IMG/VR virus record: IMGVR_UViG_3300009529_000025
Span: 1-36,087 of that record
Length of the DNA: 36,087 bases
From: a virus
Lineage: Duplodnaviria > Caudoviricetes
Reading direction: 5' to 3' (one strand)
A model generated the notes under the pieces. That model saw only the letters and a program-made list of their open reading frames with translations, was not told the origin of the DNA and searched no databases. This document shows, in pieces, positions 17,827-26,397 of the stretch. A program made the translations under genes and the position numbers. Within the stretch, counting starts at the first letter, position 1. Every line of letters begins with the position of its first letter.

Positions 17827-17834
17827 TATTCACC

Positions 17835-18335
17835 TCAAACTGCTACGGGAACGTCCAAACGAAAGACATAAGAAACGATCCACATGTACTCCGAGTCCCC
17901 TGTTCGGACACCATAATCGTTTTGATATTGAGCTATTAAAAAGTTCCCGTTGTCTAATATTAAGTCCGTCGGAGATTCAGTTGGATGCCCCCCAAACACT
18001 TTCATTATCTCTTCATTCAAGTCAGCAGCTATCTCTTTGGCCGTCCTGCTATCTCCATCGATTGCCCTAGCATGAACTCGAAAGTCCCAAGGAATGTCTC
18101 GGATCTCTTGCAAAGAATCTGTTCCGCCTGACATTCGATCCGTTGTGCTTCCAGGACTCTGCTCGAAGACACAGTAAGGGAAGGGCTGCTTTGGATAGGC
18201 TTCCTGATCATTTAATGAAAGCCATTCACTTTCAGCTACTCCAGAATCCCACAAAGCTTTGAATGTAGCATCTAGTCCACTACTAGACCACAACGATGCT
18301 ATAGCTTTATGAAGATCTTCTGAAGCAATGCTCAC
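17835..18335 (-). CDS. Tail terminator/completion protein (DUF3168-like)
   Basis: PFPYCVF, FRVHA...AKEIA, conserved position. Confidence 0.75.
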   Translation of the reverse strand: MSIASEDLHKAIASLWSSSGLDATFKALWDSGVAESEWLSLNDQEAYPKQPFPYCVFEQSPGSTTDRMSGGTDSLQEIRDIPWDFRVHARAIDGDSRTAKEIAADLNEEIMKVFGGHPTESPTDLILDNGNFLIAQYQNDYGVRTGDSEYMWIVSYVFRLDVPVAV

Positions 18336-18937
18336 TTGATTGGTCCTGAAAGGATTCTCATCACCTTACTTCGTTCTTCGTTTAGTGTCCGTTTCAAAAA
18401 GGATCGATTCCTTTTTGTTTCAAGGATCAGTCCATATGAAAGAGGCGTTCCAACATAACCTCTGTAATCTTTAGGTCCCACTGCTTCGAATATCTTGAAC
18501 AAAGTCTTCATTAAATGTGTAGTTTCCGCTTTAGGAAACTCGCCAGGCTCGCTACGTCCTGTAATCACTCTTCCGCCTCTAGGACCAATTGACTTCCCTA
18601 CAGGACGACTTATATTCCGTATCATCTTCGAATGAACAAGCTCAGTGGCAATTCTTACCCGTTGCTTTATTGTATGAGCTATCTTGTCTGACACTTCCTT
18701 GATAAACCACTCTACCTCAGCAGCTTTTCTGCCAGCCTTAGCTATCCGTCTTATCCTTGCCTGACGAACACTTTGTGAAGCCATTAGAGAACGAGCCGTG
18801 CGAGCAAACCTTCTATCCGTAGCTTTCGCAGTCCTAACTGCTTTCTTCTCCGCTGCCTTCTCCGCTGCCTTCTTTCTAGCAGCTTTGCCACCTCCTAACC
18901 TCTTACCCGTCGTCGGATCTTGTCTTCGTATAGCCAA
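18332..18937 (-). CDS. HK97 gp10-like tail-component protein
   Basis: Basic protein with SEPGEFPKAET..L, VGT...YG..LE, RSFLKRTL. Confidence 0.75.
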   Translation of the reverse strand: MAIRRQDPTTGKRLGGGKAARKKAAEKAAEKKAVRTAKATDRRFARTARSLMASQSVRQARIRRIAKAGRKAAEVEWFIKEVSDKIAHTIKQRVRIATELVHSKMIRNISRPVGKSIGPRGGRVITGRSEPGEFPKAETTHLMKTLFKIFEAVGPKDYRGYVGTPLSYGLILETKRNRSFLKRTLNEERSKVMRILSGPIK

Positions 18938-18940
18938 CGT

Positions 18941-19537
18941 CTATCCCCCAGCGCGAGTAAGTTGCTCTATCCACTTCGGATAATCACGTTCGAAAACCGG
19001 CTGCTGATTGGGAATTCGACTGCCTGGATTCAAAAGGAAATTGCCCGGCAGCTCTTCAATGTCTTCTAGCTTCGGTTCTACTCCTTTAATAATCCGAACA
19101 AAGTCATTGTTCAGCATGTGAAGAACCTCACGGCAAAGGCTCTTCATTCGGTGCTTGTCAAGCTTGCCATTCTGAGGAGCTACACCATTGATTCTTCCAC
19201 CAACACGAAATGGAGAAGACTCCGACATTCGCTTGCGAAGTGTCTCGCAAAGCTCTTCATCATCACGCATCGGATCTATAATGGTATAGCTACACTTAGC
19301 AGGGTTGATATGCAGTTGCATCCCTGGCAGCTCTGGGATCGTAGCCAGCCCACGAGACTGATCCACCGGAATTCTAGCCTCGCCAGTCTTATGATCGATT
19401 ATCGAACGACTTGCTTTGATGACGCTTCGCAGACGACAACCTGGAATGCATTGGACGATCAGATCATTGTTACGAGGATGATCCACCTCAACCGCAAAAG
19501 GCATTACAGAAACGCTCTTCTCGCTTGTACTAGGCAT
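18941..19537 (-). CDS. Hypothetical protein downstream of the MCP
   Basis: Start moved to ATG 19537 (GAGGA RBS) because the track start lies in the terminator. Confidence 0.7.
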   Translation of the reverse strand: MPSTSEKSVSVMPFAVEVDHPRNNDLIVQCIPGCRLRSVIKASRSIIDHKTGEARIPVDQSRGLATIPELPGMQLHINPAKCSYTIIDPMRDDEELCETLRKRMSESSPFRVGGRINGVAPQNGKLDKHRMKSLCREVLHMLNNDFVRIIKGVEPKLEDIEELPGNFLLNPGSRIPNQQPVFERDYPKWIEQLTRAGG

Positions 19538-19576
19538 TTGTTCTTCCTCATATTCTTCGATGTTCTTCTGAAAACT

Positions 19577-19622
19577 AAAAAGCCCCGCCCCCCAGCCGAA
19601 GAACAAAACCAGCGGACGGGGC
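19577..19622 (-). terminator. Rho-independent terminator after the major capsid gene
   Basis: GCCCCGTCC...GGGCGGGGC followed by TTTTT. Confidence 0.75.
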
Positions 19623-19644
19623 ATTGCAAAAGGATGTCAACGTT

Positions 19645-21324
19645 CTACGCAGGAGCGTCCGTCACGATCCCCGCAACAGCTCCTCTTTCCAACTGCCCAC
19701 CGTAACGACACATCGCAACCATAAGCAGCTCGTTGCGACGAATCAACGTGTCGCCCTCAGTGCTTGTCCTCATAGTCAGGCCACGGCGTCGATACATTCG
19801 GTAACGAGCTAGGATGGCGTAAAAGATTTGAGCGTTGGTCAACGACTCGTTTATCTTGTACGGCCGCTTCATCCACGAGTAACCATCATAGTTCGGCAAC
19901 TCGTTGGTGTAGGCCAGCCGCCGGGCATCCGCAGCCCCAACAGGAATAGCCATCGCCCGTTGGTAGGAGGTTTCCGTTCCACAGAACACCGCAGAAGCCG
20001 CAACATTAGGACGATGCTCATTCTTCGGAATCGAGAATCTCAAGGATTCGTAGTTCCCAATAGAAGTAGCAGCACCCCAAACAACTGCCGTAGCCCCTGC
20101 TTTGTTTATGACGCCTTCCGGCTGGGTAGTTCCATTGCCAGTCGCAACCACATCGTCCAAGTCTTCCAATAAACGCTCACCATACTGAGCAGTGATGTGC
20201 GCGCCAAAGTCAATAGGCGTATCGCTCAGGAAGTCAAGGCCAATACGAATAGCTCCTTCCCATCGGTAAATGGTGGTATCGAAAGCACTGACGTAACTGG
20301 CAGTGTTGAATAGAGTGATTGCAGTATCATCCACTCCTCCCCAACTGCCGGTCACTGTGCCAGTAGCAACACCTTCGACACGACGTCCCCGATCGAGAGG
20401 AATCGTATTGATTAGAGGAAACAACTCACCGTGAAGCAAAGGAACCTGAATCACCTGATGGTCGAACACGATCGGGGCAGCTTCGAATCCACCACTAGTA
20501 GCGTCGTCAATCAACGCTTGCTTCTCGTCATCAAAAAGCTTCCGACTAACAATGTCAGCATAGTCGCCGCCGTCCGAAGCACCCGACCACTTCATATTTT
20601 CCATTGCGTAAAGTAGCAGCTCTTTGTCATGCTGAGGCAAAGCCTGGAAGCCGAAAGTCTTGCTTCCACCACGACGAGCCGTGGCACAAAGGAACTTGGC
20701 GAAAGCTCCACTGACAGCCTTATTAAGATCACTAGGCTCATCAATGACTCGTCCACGCTCGCCAAAGTCCATTACCGGACGTCCAGCAAGAGGATGGCCT
20801 CGGCCGCTCTTAGTATGAGTCGGATAGGTCATGGCCTTAGTAGTCGAGTCATATTGCTCAGCCACCTCCTTAACTCGAACAGTGATATCCTTATCGCCCA
20901 TATCTTCAGGCGTTCCACCGAAACGAGCGATCATCTTAGCCATTGTAGAAGGCTGTGACTTAGTTTTCAATTCCTTCTCCTTGGCTTCCTTGTCAGCTTT
21001 CTCCTTAGCCTCTTTCTCCGCCTTCTCCTTGGCTTCTGCCTCAGCCTTGTCAGCTTTGACTTTCTTCTCGTCCTCCGTCTCTTCCTTCGGAGTTAGAAGC
21101 TTGACAAGATTACCGATGCCGTCCGCCATTGACGCCATCTGCTTTTGGAATTCATTCGCAGGATCCTCGGACTTCTCAGTCGTCAGTTCTGCAAACTTGT
21201 CAGTCGTCAGCTTGCCCGTTGCGAGGGCTTCGCCAGCGGTCTTTTTGAATTCATCGTCCGTCGCGTCTGCTTTCACGTCGCAGTGGTCGATGATCCACTT
21301 TTTCAATTCGGCTGTTAGATTCAT
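19645..21324 (-). CDS. Major capsid protein (HK97 fold) with a long N-terminal delta/scaffold region
   Basis: SGGFEAAP..FD..VI, DFLSDTPIDF, GNGTTQPEGVI, RYGGQ. Charged EKA repeats near the N-terminus; GAGG RBS. Confidence 0.93.
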   Translation of the reverse strand: MNLTAELKKWIIDHCDVKADATDDEFKKTAGEALATGKLTTDKFAELTTEKSEDPANEFQKQMASMADGIGNLVKLLTPKEETEDEKKVKADKAEAEAKEKAEKEAKEKADKEAKEKELKTKSQPSTMAKMIARFGGTPEDMGDKDITVRVKEVAEQYDSTTKAMTYPTHTKSGRGHPLAGRPVMDFGERGRVIDEPSDLNKAVSGAFAKFLCATARRGGSKTFGFQALPQHDKELLLYAMENMKWSGASDGGDYADIVSRKLFDDEKQALIDDATSGGFEAAPIVFDHQVIQVPLLHGELFPLINTIPLDRGRRVEGVATGTVTGSWGGVDDTAITLFNTASYVSAFDTTIYRWEGAIRIGLDFLSDTPIDFGAHITAQYGERLLEDLDDVVATGNGTTQPEGVINKAGATAVVWGAATSIGNYESLRFSIPKNEHRPNVAASAVFCGTETSYQRAMAIPVGAADARRLAYTNELPNYDGYSWMKRPYKINESLTNAQIFYAILARYRMYRRRGLTMRTSTEGDTLIRRNELLMVAMCRYGGQLERGAVAGIVTDAPA

Positions 21325-21416
21325 CTCAAATACCTCATTGCCGACAGATAATAAAAACTCGTCACGATCATCGCGACGTTATTGTTTCTTACCCACACAG
21401 GCAAGATACTGCTTCG

Positions 21417-23228
21417 TTAAAGAGCTTCGCTTTCACCATCGGCAAGGGCTTGTAGCGAAGCCTTCATTGTTTCTCTTTGTTCTGCTGAAGCTTCAGACAA
21501 AACAACACCCATCGCTTCAATCACACTTGTTTCTCTCTGTTCCGACTCTTCTGGCTCTACAGCACCAAGACTCTCTAATACCTGAGTCAAATTGCTAGAT
21601 GCTGAGCGAAGTAAAGACTTGCAAGCCCTAGAGACGTCAAGACCAGCGGCCTCATTAACGTCCTCTATTGCCTCACGAATCTTGCCTTCATTCGCCTTAC
21701 TTATCACCCGCCCTCGTTTCTCCCCGTTCAAACATTTCGTATCATACAACGGGGAACGTTCGATTATTTCGGTTGTGGTTACTAGTTCAACCTGTTCCGG
21801 TTCTCCAGAAAAACTAGGCTCATCTCCATCCATTGTCCAATTCAAACGGAAGTAACGATACTCATCAGACACTCCAGACTCGCACTTTTCAACACAGACG
21901 ATCACATGATTTGAGAAAGTGCCTGCAATCCAAACCATATCACGTTCAGAGATTCGTATTCCCATCATTGCCAAGTAGCGTTTTGCCTCAGCTCTTAATC
22001 TCCTCTCTATGCACTCCCAACTTCCGGTTAATGCCATACGCTTCACTTGCGAGTTACTGGCTTGTCCGTCTTTTTCTCCTTGCACGGACAACTCATTGGT
22101 TTCTTTTGATGAGCTAGAGCTGTTTTGTTCTTCTCTTTTTCCTTTTGTCTCATTGCTTCTACTTCCGGACTTGTTCTCATTTTCTTCGTCTCCTATTCCG
22201 ATCAAACCAGCATCATGAGCTTGTTTCAACTCGGCAAAGCTACTACATACCAATTCACGATCGTACTCACCAAGACGTTCGCTAAATCTAATCTCTACTC
22301 CGGGGACCTGCTTTGGCCTCTTCTCCAGAAGCGACCTGCTGTATTCCCTCATCAAGTTACTAGTCATCTTTCCACGTTCCACCAACGAAATTAAAACCTC
22401 CTCCGTATTAGCATCAACGTTGCTAGGAACGCTTACCATCGACTCTTCCATTGCCTCCCATTCCTTCACATCAAAGCCGCTAGGAGAATCGGATTGATCT
22501 CCTTTAATATCGTCGAACTTCAGTGCTCGGAATCCATGACTAAAGCGAGCCATGTCATTATCAGCCATCACAGCAGCGTCATGACACAACTCATTCATGT
22601 CCACGATGGCACTATACAAAACCAACCGCTTCTCATTTTGCTCCGCGATGGCCAGCATTTTCCCAATAGGCAGTGTATGCACATGCTGCCAAAGTAAAAG
22701 CATCTTAGGATCTACAACAGCTCCTTCTGATCGGAGAATGTCACCATCCCGATCCTTCCTAGGAGTACTCAACACGTGACGAAAAGCCATCAACGTATTC
22801 TTAGGCAACTCTACCCCATCTGGCAATTGGAGGCTTCCATTACTCTGCTTCTCTTCAATCACCATCTCAGGATTGCTATAGACCAACGTTCGATGTGAGT
22901 TTTTCAGCAGATCATTGAAAGTAGCTTGTCCATTACCAACAAACTTGTTACAACAATCCAAACCCACGCACTCCATCAGAGTGCGAACGTAAACATCCGC
23001 TGTAAGAACCCCGTAAGAAAAAGGCTCCTTCTTCTGCTTCTGCCTACGAGACTTTACCAACTCTAACAGCTTTGTGTTTACATCCACGTTTCTTCCTCTC
23101 CATTGAGAAGAGCAAATAGCCATGCGTTGACTGTCGTCGGGATATTCACTACTCATAACTCCATTCGACATACATCTCCGAATGAAGTTACTTCGACTTT
23201 CTCCTTGACCTGGCTTCGGAATAGGCAT
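21417..23228 (-). CDS. Prohead maturation protease (HK97-type) with N- and C-terminal extensions
   Basis: STPRKDRDGDI, LLWQH..LPIGK, FSHGF, EESMVSVPSN. Start at MPIPKP (23228). Confidence 0.9.
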   Translation of the reverse strand: MPIPKPGQGESRSNFIRRCMSNGVMSSEYPDDSQRMAICSSQWRGRNVDVNTKLLELVKSRRQKQKKEPFSYGVLTADVYVRTLMECVGLDCCNKFVGNGQATFNDLLKNSHRTLVYSNPEMVIEEKQSNGSLQLPDGVELPKNTLMAFRHVLSTPRKDRDGDILRSEGAVVDPKMLLLWQHVHTLPIGKMLAIAEQNEKRLVLYSAIVDMNELCHDAAVMADNDMARFSHGFRALKFDDIKGDQSDSPSGFDVKEWEAMEESMVSVPSNVDANTEEVLISLVERGKMTSNLMREYSRSLLEKRPKQVPGVEIRFSERLGEYDRELVCSSFAELKQAHDAGLIGIGDEENENKSGSRSNETKGKREEQNSSSSSKETNELSVQGEKDGQASNSQVKRMALTGSWECIERRLRAEAKRYLAMMGIRISERDMVWIAGTFSNHVIVCVEKCESGVSDEYRYFRLNWTMDGDEPSFSGEPEQVELVTTTEIIERSPLYDTKCLNGEKRGRVISKANEGKIREAIEDVNEAAGLDVSRACKSLLRSASSNLTQVLESLGAVEPEESEQRETSVIEAMGVVLSEASAEQRETMKASLQALADGESEAL

Positions 23229-23232
23229 TGCT

Positions 23233-23526
23233 TTACGCTTGCATCCTACGAACCGAAGTAGCATCCATGGCTACCAACTGTCGGATTGCAGACTTATTCT
23301 CAGGCTTTATCTTATCCATCCATGTAACGACAGAGCCTACATCCACCTGATCACTCCCTTTCGGAAGCTTTACCACAGCTTTGCTAACATCACGTTTGAC
23401 ACCCAAACGCTTTAGATTCCTAAACGAAGCCATTCGAACTTGCTTCACCCTATCAGACTCAGCACGCTTGAGCATACGAATGACTGTGTTGAAATGACTC
23501 GTGGGCATTTTCGCTACAACTGGCAT
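23233..23526 (-). CDS. Hypothetical basic protein
   Basis: 97 aa ORF with an AGGAG RBS. Confidence 0.7.
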   Translation of the reverse strand: MPVVAKMPTSHFNTVIRMLKRAESDRVKQVRMASFRNLKRLGVKRDVSKAVVKLPKGSDQVDVGSVVTWMDKIKPENKSAIRQLVAMDATSVRRMQA

Positions 23527-23546
23527 GGACTCTTTCTCCTGCTATG

Positions 23547-24386
23547 TTAGGTAGTCCAAGATGAACTGCTTCCACTGGACTGACTAGAGGTGCTTGACGA
23601 CAGAGAAGATTCAGAAGTCAAGGAAAAGGAAGAAGAGGAAACTGATTCCGTCGTCCAAGATGAGCTACTTCCACTCGAAGCACTCGAAGCACTCGAAGCA
23701 CTTTCCGTTATGCTGCTAACAGAAGAGAACGAGCTGCTACTGTGGCTCGACGAGCTTGAGCTCGACTCTGAGGAACTCGATTCTGAGGTAGAACTGGAAG
23801 GACTGGAAGAACTAGAGCTTGCACTTTCCGTTGTGAAGCTACTAGAAGAAACGCTAGAGACTGAACTGGCGCTTGTCAATTCCGAACTCCAGGACGAACT
23901 GCTTTGTGAGCTAGACGAAAGAGAAGAAGACTGACTACTCGTACTCGATGAGGAGGATTGTGAAGTACTACTGCTGCTAGAGCTTTCACTACTTGCACTA
24001 GAAGCAGACGAGGAGCTATGTGAACTAGACTCAGACGAGCTAGAGCTAGGGCTAGAGCTAGAGCTACTAGATGACAGATCTTCCATGGACAAAATCGAAA
24101 GTCTGTCTTCTGATTTCGGCCCGGGAAACTGCAATGAGCCTGTATGGAAATTCAAAACATCAGGCACGGATACCTCACCAGACGTCCTAGTGTCAGTTAA
24201 GACAGCTTGCCAGATAGTATTGTCAGGCAGTAATTGAGTTGTATTCTCGGCAGTTCCGGCCAGGTTTGCATTGATCTCAGCAGCAGGAGCAGAGTCATCG
24301 CCAGCTCGATACATCCTAGTGATCGTTAAATTGCGCTGAGTCAAACCAACAGCCGGTCCCAAATAAAATGCTACATTCTTAGACAT
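23547..24386 (-). CDS. Ser-rich protein ending SWTT
   Basis: About 105 aa domain followed by a ~175 aa Ser/Thr tract. Start ATG 24386; the track's TTG start lies upstream of the terminator hairpin. Confidence 0.8.
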   Translation of the reverse strand: MSKNVAFYLGPAVGLTQRNLTITRMYRAGDDSAPAAEINANLAGTAENTTQLLPDNTIWQAVLTDTRTSGEVSVPDVLNFHTGSLQFPGPKSEDRLSILSMEDLSSSSSSSSPSSSSSESSSHSSSSASSASSESSSSSSTSQSSSSSTSSQSSSLSSSSQSSSSWSSELTSASSVSSVSSSSFTTESASSSSSSPSSSTSESSSSESSSSSSSHSSSSFSSVSSITESASSASSASSGSSSSWTTESVSSSSFSLTSESSLSSSTSSQSSGSSSSWTT

Positions 24387-24402
24387 GACTGATCTTTCCA
24401 AT

Positions 24403-24458
24403 AAAAAAGACAGTGGTGATTCAAGGAGCCTTTCAAGACTCTTCAAACCGCCGCTGCC
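24403..24458 (-). terminator. Long imperfect hairpin plus U-tract (leader terminator candidate)
   Basis: GGCAGCGGCGGTTTGAAGAGTCT/AGGCTCCTTGAATCACCACTGTC forms a ~23-bp stem with 3 mismatches, followed by TTTTTT. Confidence 0.6.
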
Positions 24459-24491
24459 TGGTATGGCTTTGACGACTATGCTCAATTATTA

Positions 24492-24520
24492 ACTATAACG
24501 AAAACCAGATGCTAAAGCAA
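24492..24520 (-). promoter_or_regulatory. Sigma70-type promoter candidate
   Basis: TTGCTT (24520-24515), 17 nt, TATAGT (24497-24492), in an AT-rich intergenic gap. Confidence 0.6.
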
Positions 24521-24531
24521 ACGGTTTTCTA

Positions 24532-24795
24532 CTATCCGGCAGATTTACTCGGGCGAGTTTTATTTCGCACGTCTATCCTCTGATCAACTCCCTTGTTGTA
24601 CTCCACCCGATCTCGATTCACTCGACAGTGTACCAACTCTTGAGACGCTCCACGAATGTCCAGACGTAAAGTGAACTCAACACCAGAAGCCATCAGCTCA
24701 CAGAAGTCTTTGTCAAACTCAGCCATCCCTCGAAGAAAGATGGCCAAAGACTGCTTGTCTTTCAATATCTTACGATAGCCGTTGTCACCCAACAT
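24532..24795 (-). CDS. Hypothetical protein
   Basis: 87 aa ORF with a GAGGA RBS, overlapping its neighbour. Confidence 0.65.
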   Translation of the reverse strand: MLGDNGYRKILKDKQSLAIFLRGMAEFDKDFCELMASGVEFTLRLDIRGASQELVHCRVNRDRVEYNKGVDQRIDVRNKTRPSKSAG

Positions 24796-25009
24796 GTATT
24801 CCTCTGTTCTTCTCTACCTCTACGTCAAACTGGGACGTGTCTACTATTAACACTTCCACGTCAACTCCCGCCCATCTCTCTACCGTCTTTCGCAGCTTCT
24901 TTCTTCGCTCTGAACTCAAAGGATGAAATGAGCGTACAATAATTCTATCTCCCGCCTCGAATTGGAGCCTTGAACATTGGACTTCGGCTAGTCTAGGACG
25001 AACGGTCAT
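24785..25009 (-). CDS. Hypothetical protein
   Basis: 74 aa ORF whose start abuts the upstream stop. Confidence 0.65.
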   Translation of the reverse strand: MTVRPRLAEVQCSRLQFEAGDRIIVRSFHPLSSERRKKLRKTVERWAGVDVEVLIVDTSQFDVEVEKNRGIHVG

Positions 25010-25339
25010 CTACTCTTTCCATTCCACTATCTTATCCGCTTGATTTCTAAGCTCGCAATTGATCGAAATCGTCCACTGAGCAATTGTCTTGAGACTCTTT
25101 AACTCGGCTTCAGTATTCCGAAAATCCCCCTGCTTGAAACGGACAGCCATCGTCCTCCAACGGAACATATCATTACTTAAGGACTCTGGAGGAATCAACT
25201 CCACGCCTCGAATCCTCAAGTAAGAACCCATCAAATCAAGGAACCGTTTTTCTACAGCCACACATAATCCAACGTCGTCAGTCCGACTAGGTTTCATGAC
25301 GTTGATATAACGAGCGGGCTTTCCGTTTCTTCTGGTCAT
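25010..25339 (-). CDS. Hypothetical protein
   Basis: Likely start ATG 25339 (ATGA overlap with the MuF gene). Confidence 0.6.
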   Translation of the reverse strand: MTRRNGKPARYINVMKPSRTDDVGLCVAVEKRFLDLMGSYLRIRGVELIPPESLSNDMFRWRTMAVRFKQGDFRNTEAELKSLKTIAQWTISINCELRNQADKIVEWKE

Positions 25340-26397
25340 CCTTCCATCTCCCGCATGATTGCTTGTATCTCTTCTTCTGGAGCACCGACACCGAATTCTG
25401 AAACGGTTGTGCACATGCACTGACATCGATCCGAGGCAGGTAAACTATAATGTCCTGGCCAAGGAATCATAATTCCATTCAAATTCCATTCTCCATTCTC
25501 ATCCGCCTCTACCCCATCCAAATCAGCATGGGCATCACGAGTAGCGTCTGATAAAACACTTAGCCAAACCTTGACCACATACTGTCCAGCTTCTCCCGCC
25601 TCCTCTTTGAATTCATCAAATCCAGCACTTCTAGCTCCATTCAAAGCATTTCCACTTTCCGTTCTTGCTATATTTTCAGCCCGTCTCTTGTAGTATTCAA
25701 AACCAGGTCCGGCCGCTCCTCTTATCTCACGAGCCATCCGAGCAATTGACCAGCCTTCTTTCAATCCCTTATCTAGGAATTTACCCACATCAACTAGAGA
25801 CGAATCATTTATTTTCTTCCAATAAGGCTGAGCAAATGATTCTTCTAATCGATTCTTAATCGACCGCTTCATCCAGTCAGGATACTCAGTAGCAAACCCC
25901 ATCCGAACATTACCCGAAGGCGTTTCAAATATAACATCCTCCAAGTCTACATCGTCTTGAGACTCTAACCATTCCGTGGCAGTAGTTGACTTTTTTCTGA
26001 CATTGATTCCCAACACCGCCATCTGTCCTATAATTGCTTCCCCCATCCCACGAATCATAGTAGGCAGAACCGCATCTATCAGTCTCGTATCCCACTCCCT
26101 AGGGCTAAACACCTCTGAGGCCAACTGTATGGCCGTCTCGCCTGCTTTCTTAGTATCAGTGGCATAACCTGACCTAGTAGCAGAAACGTCGCTTAGACGC
26201 TCTGCTACGCTGTCTAGCTGAGCTTTGAAGAAAGGAATCAAAGCCTTCGTCATACTCTGTTCGGTTTGCTCAAACTGCTTAATATGAATCGAGCGGCTGA
26301 CAGTACGACGGAGCTGCTGACGGAATTGCTGTCGCTTCAGAGCAACAGCTCCAGTCGCGATCTTCAGCAATGATTTTGTCAACTGAGCGTTCTTCAC
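25336..26397 (-). CDS. Minor head morphogenesis protein (MuF/SPP1 gp7-like)
   Basis: RAENIARTE, KVWLSVLSDATRDAHADLDG, PG......CQCMC; directly after the portal. Confidence 0.92.
   Translation of the reverse strand: MKNAQLTKSLLKIATGAVALKRQQFRQQLRRTVSRSIHIKQFEQTEQSMTKALIPFFKAQLDSVAERLSDVSATRSGYATDTKKAGETAIQLASEVFSPREWDTRLIDAVLPTMIRGMGEAIIGQMAVLGINVRKKSTTATEWLESQDDVDLEDVIFETPSGNVRMGFATEYPDWMKRSIKNRLEESFAQPYWKKINDSSLVDVGKFLDKGLKEGWSIARMAREIRGAAGPGFEYYKRRAENIARTESGNALNGARSAGFDEFKEEAGEAGQYVVKVWLSVLSDATRDAHADLDGVEADENGEWNLNGIMIPWPGHYSLPASDRCQCMCTTVSEFGVGAPEEEIQAIMREMEG

Noticed and set aside
21380-21425. Possible frameshift extension of the protease past its TAA (LTKQYLACVGKKQ in the -1 frame)
   Set aside because: There is no XXXYYYZ slippery site, and the extension is short and does not reach the MCP.
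19118-21598. Long plus-strand ORFs (195 aa, 255 aa) opposite the MCP region
   Set aside because: They are antisense to well-supported genes and have no recognisable motifs. The same applies to the other plus-strand ORFs in the track.
23590-23934. E/L-rich plus-strand ORF (likewise 32872..33150, 32929..33375 and 17061..17318)
   Set aside because: These are alternative frames of poly-Ser codons, with no RBS or operon context.
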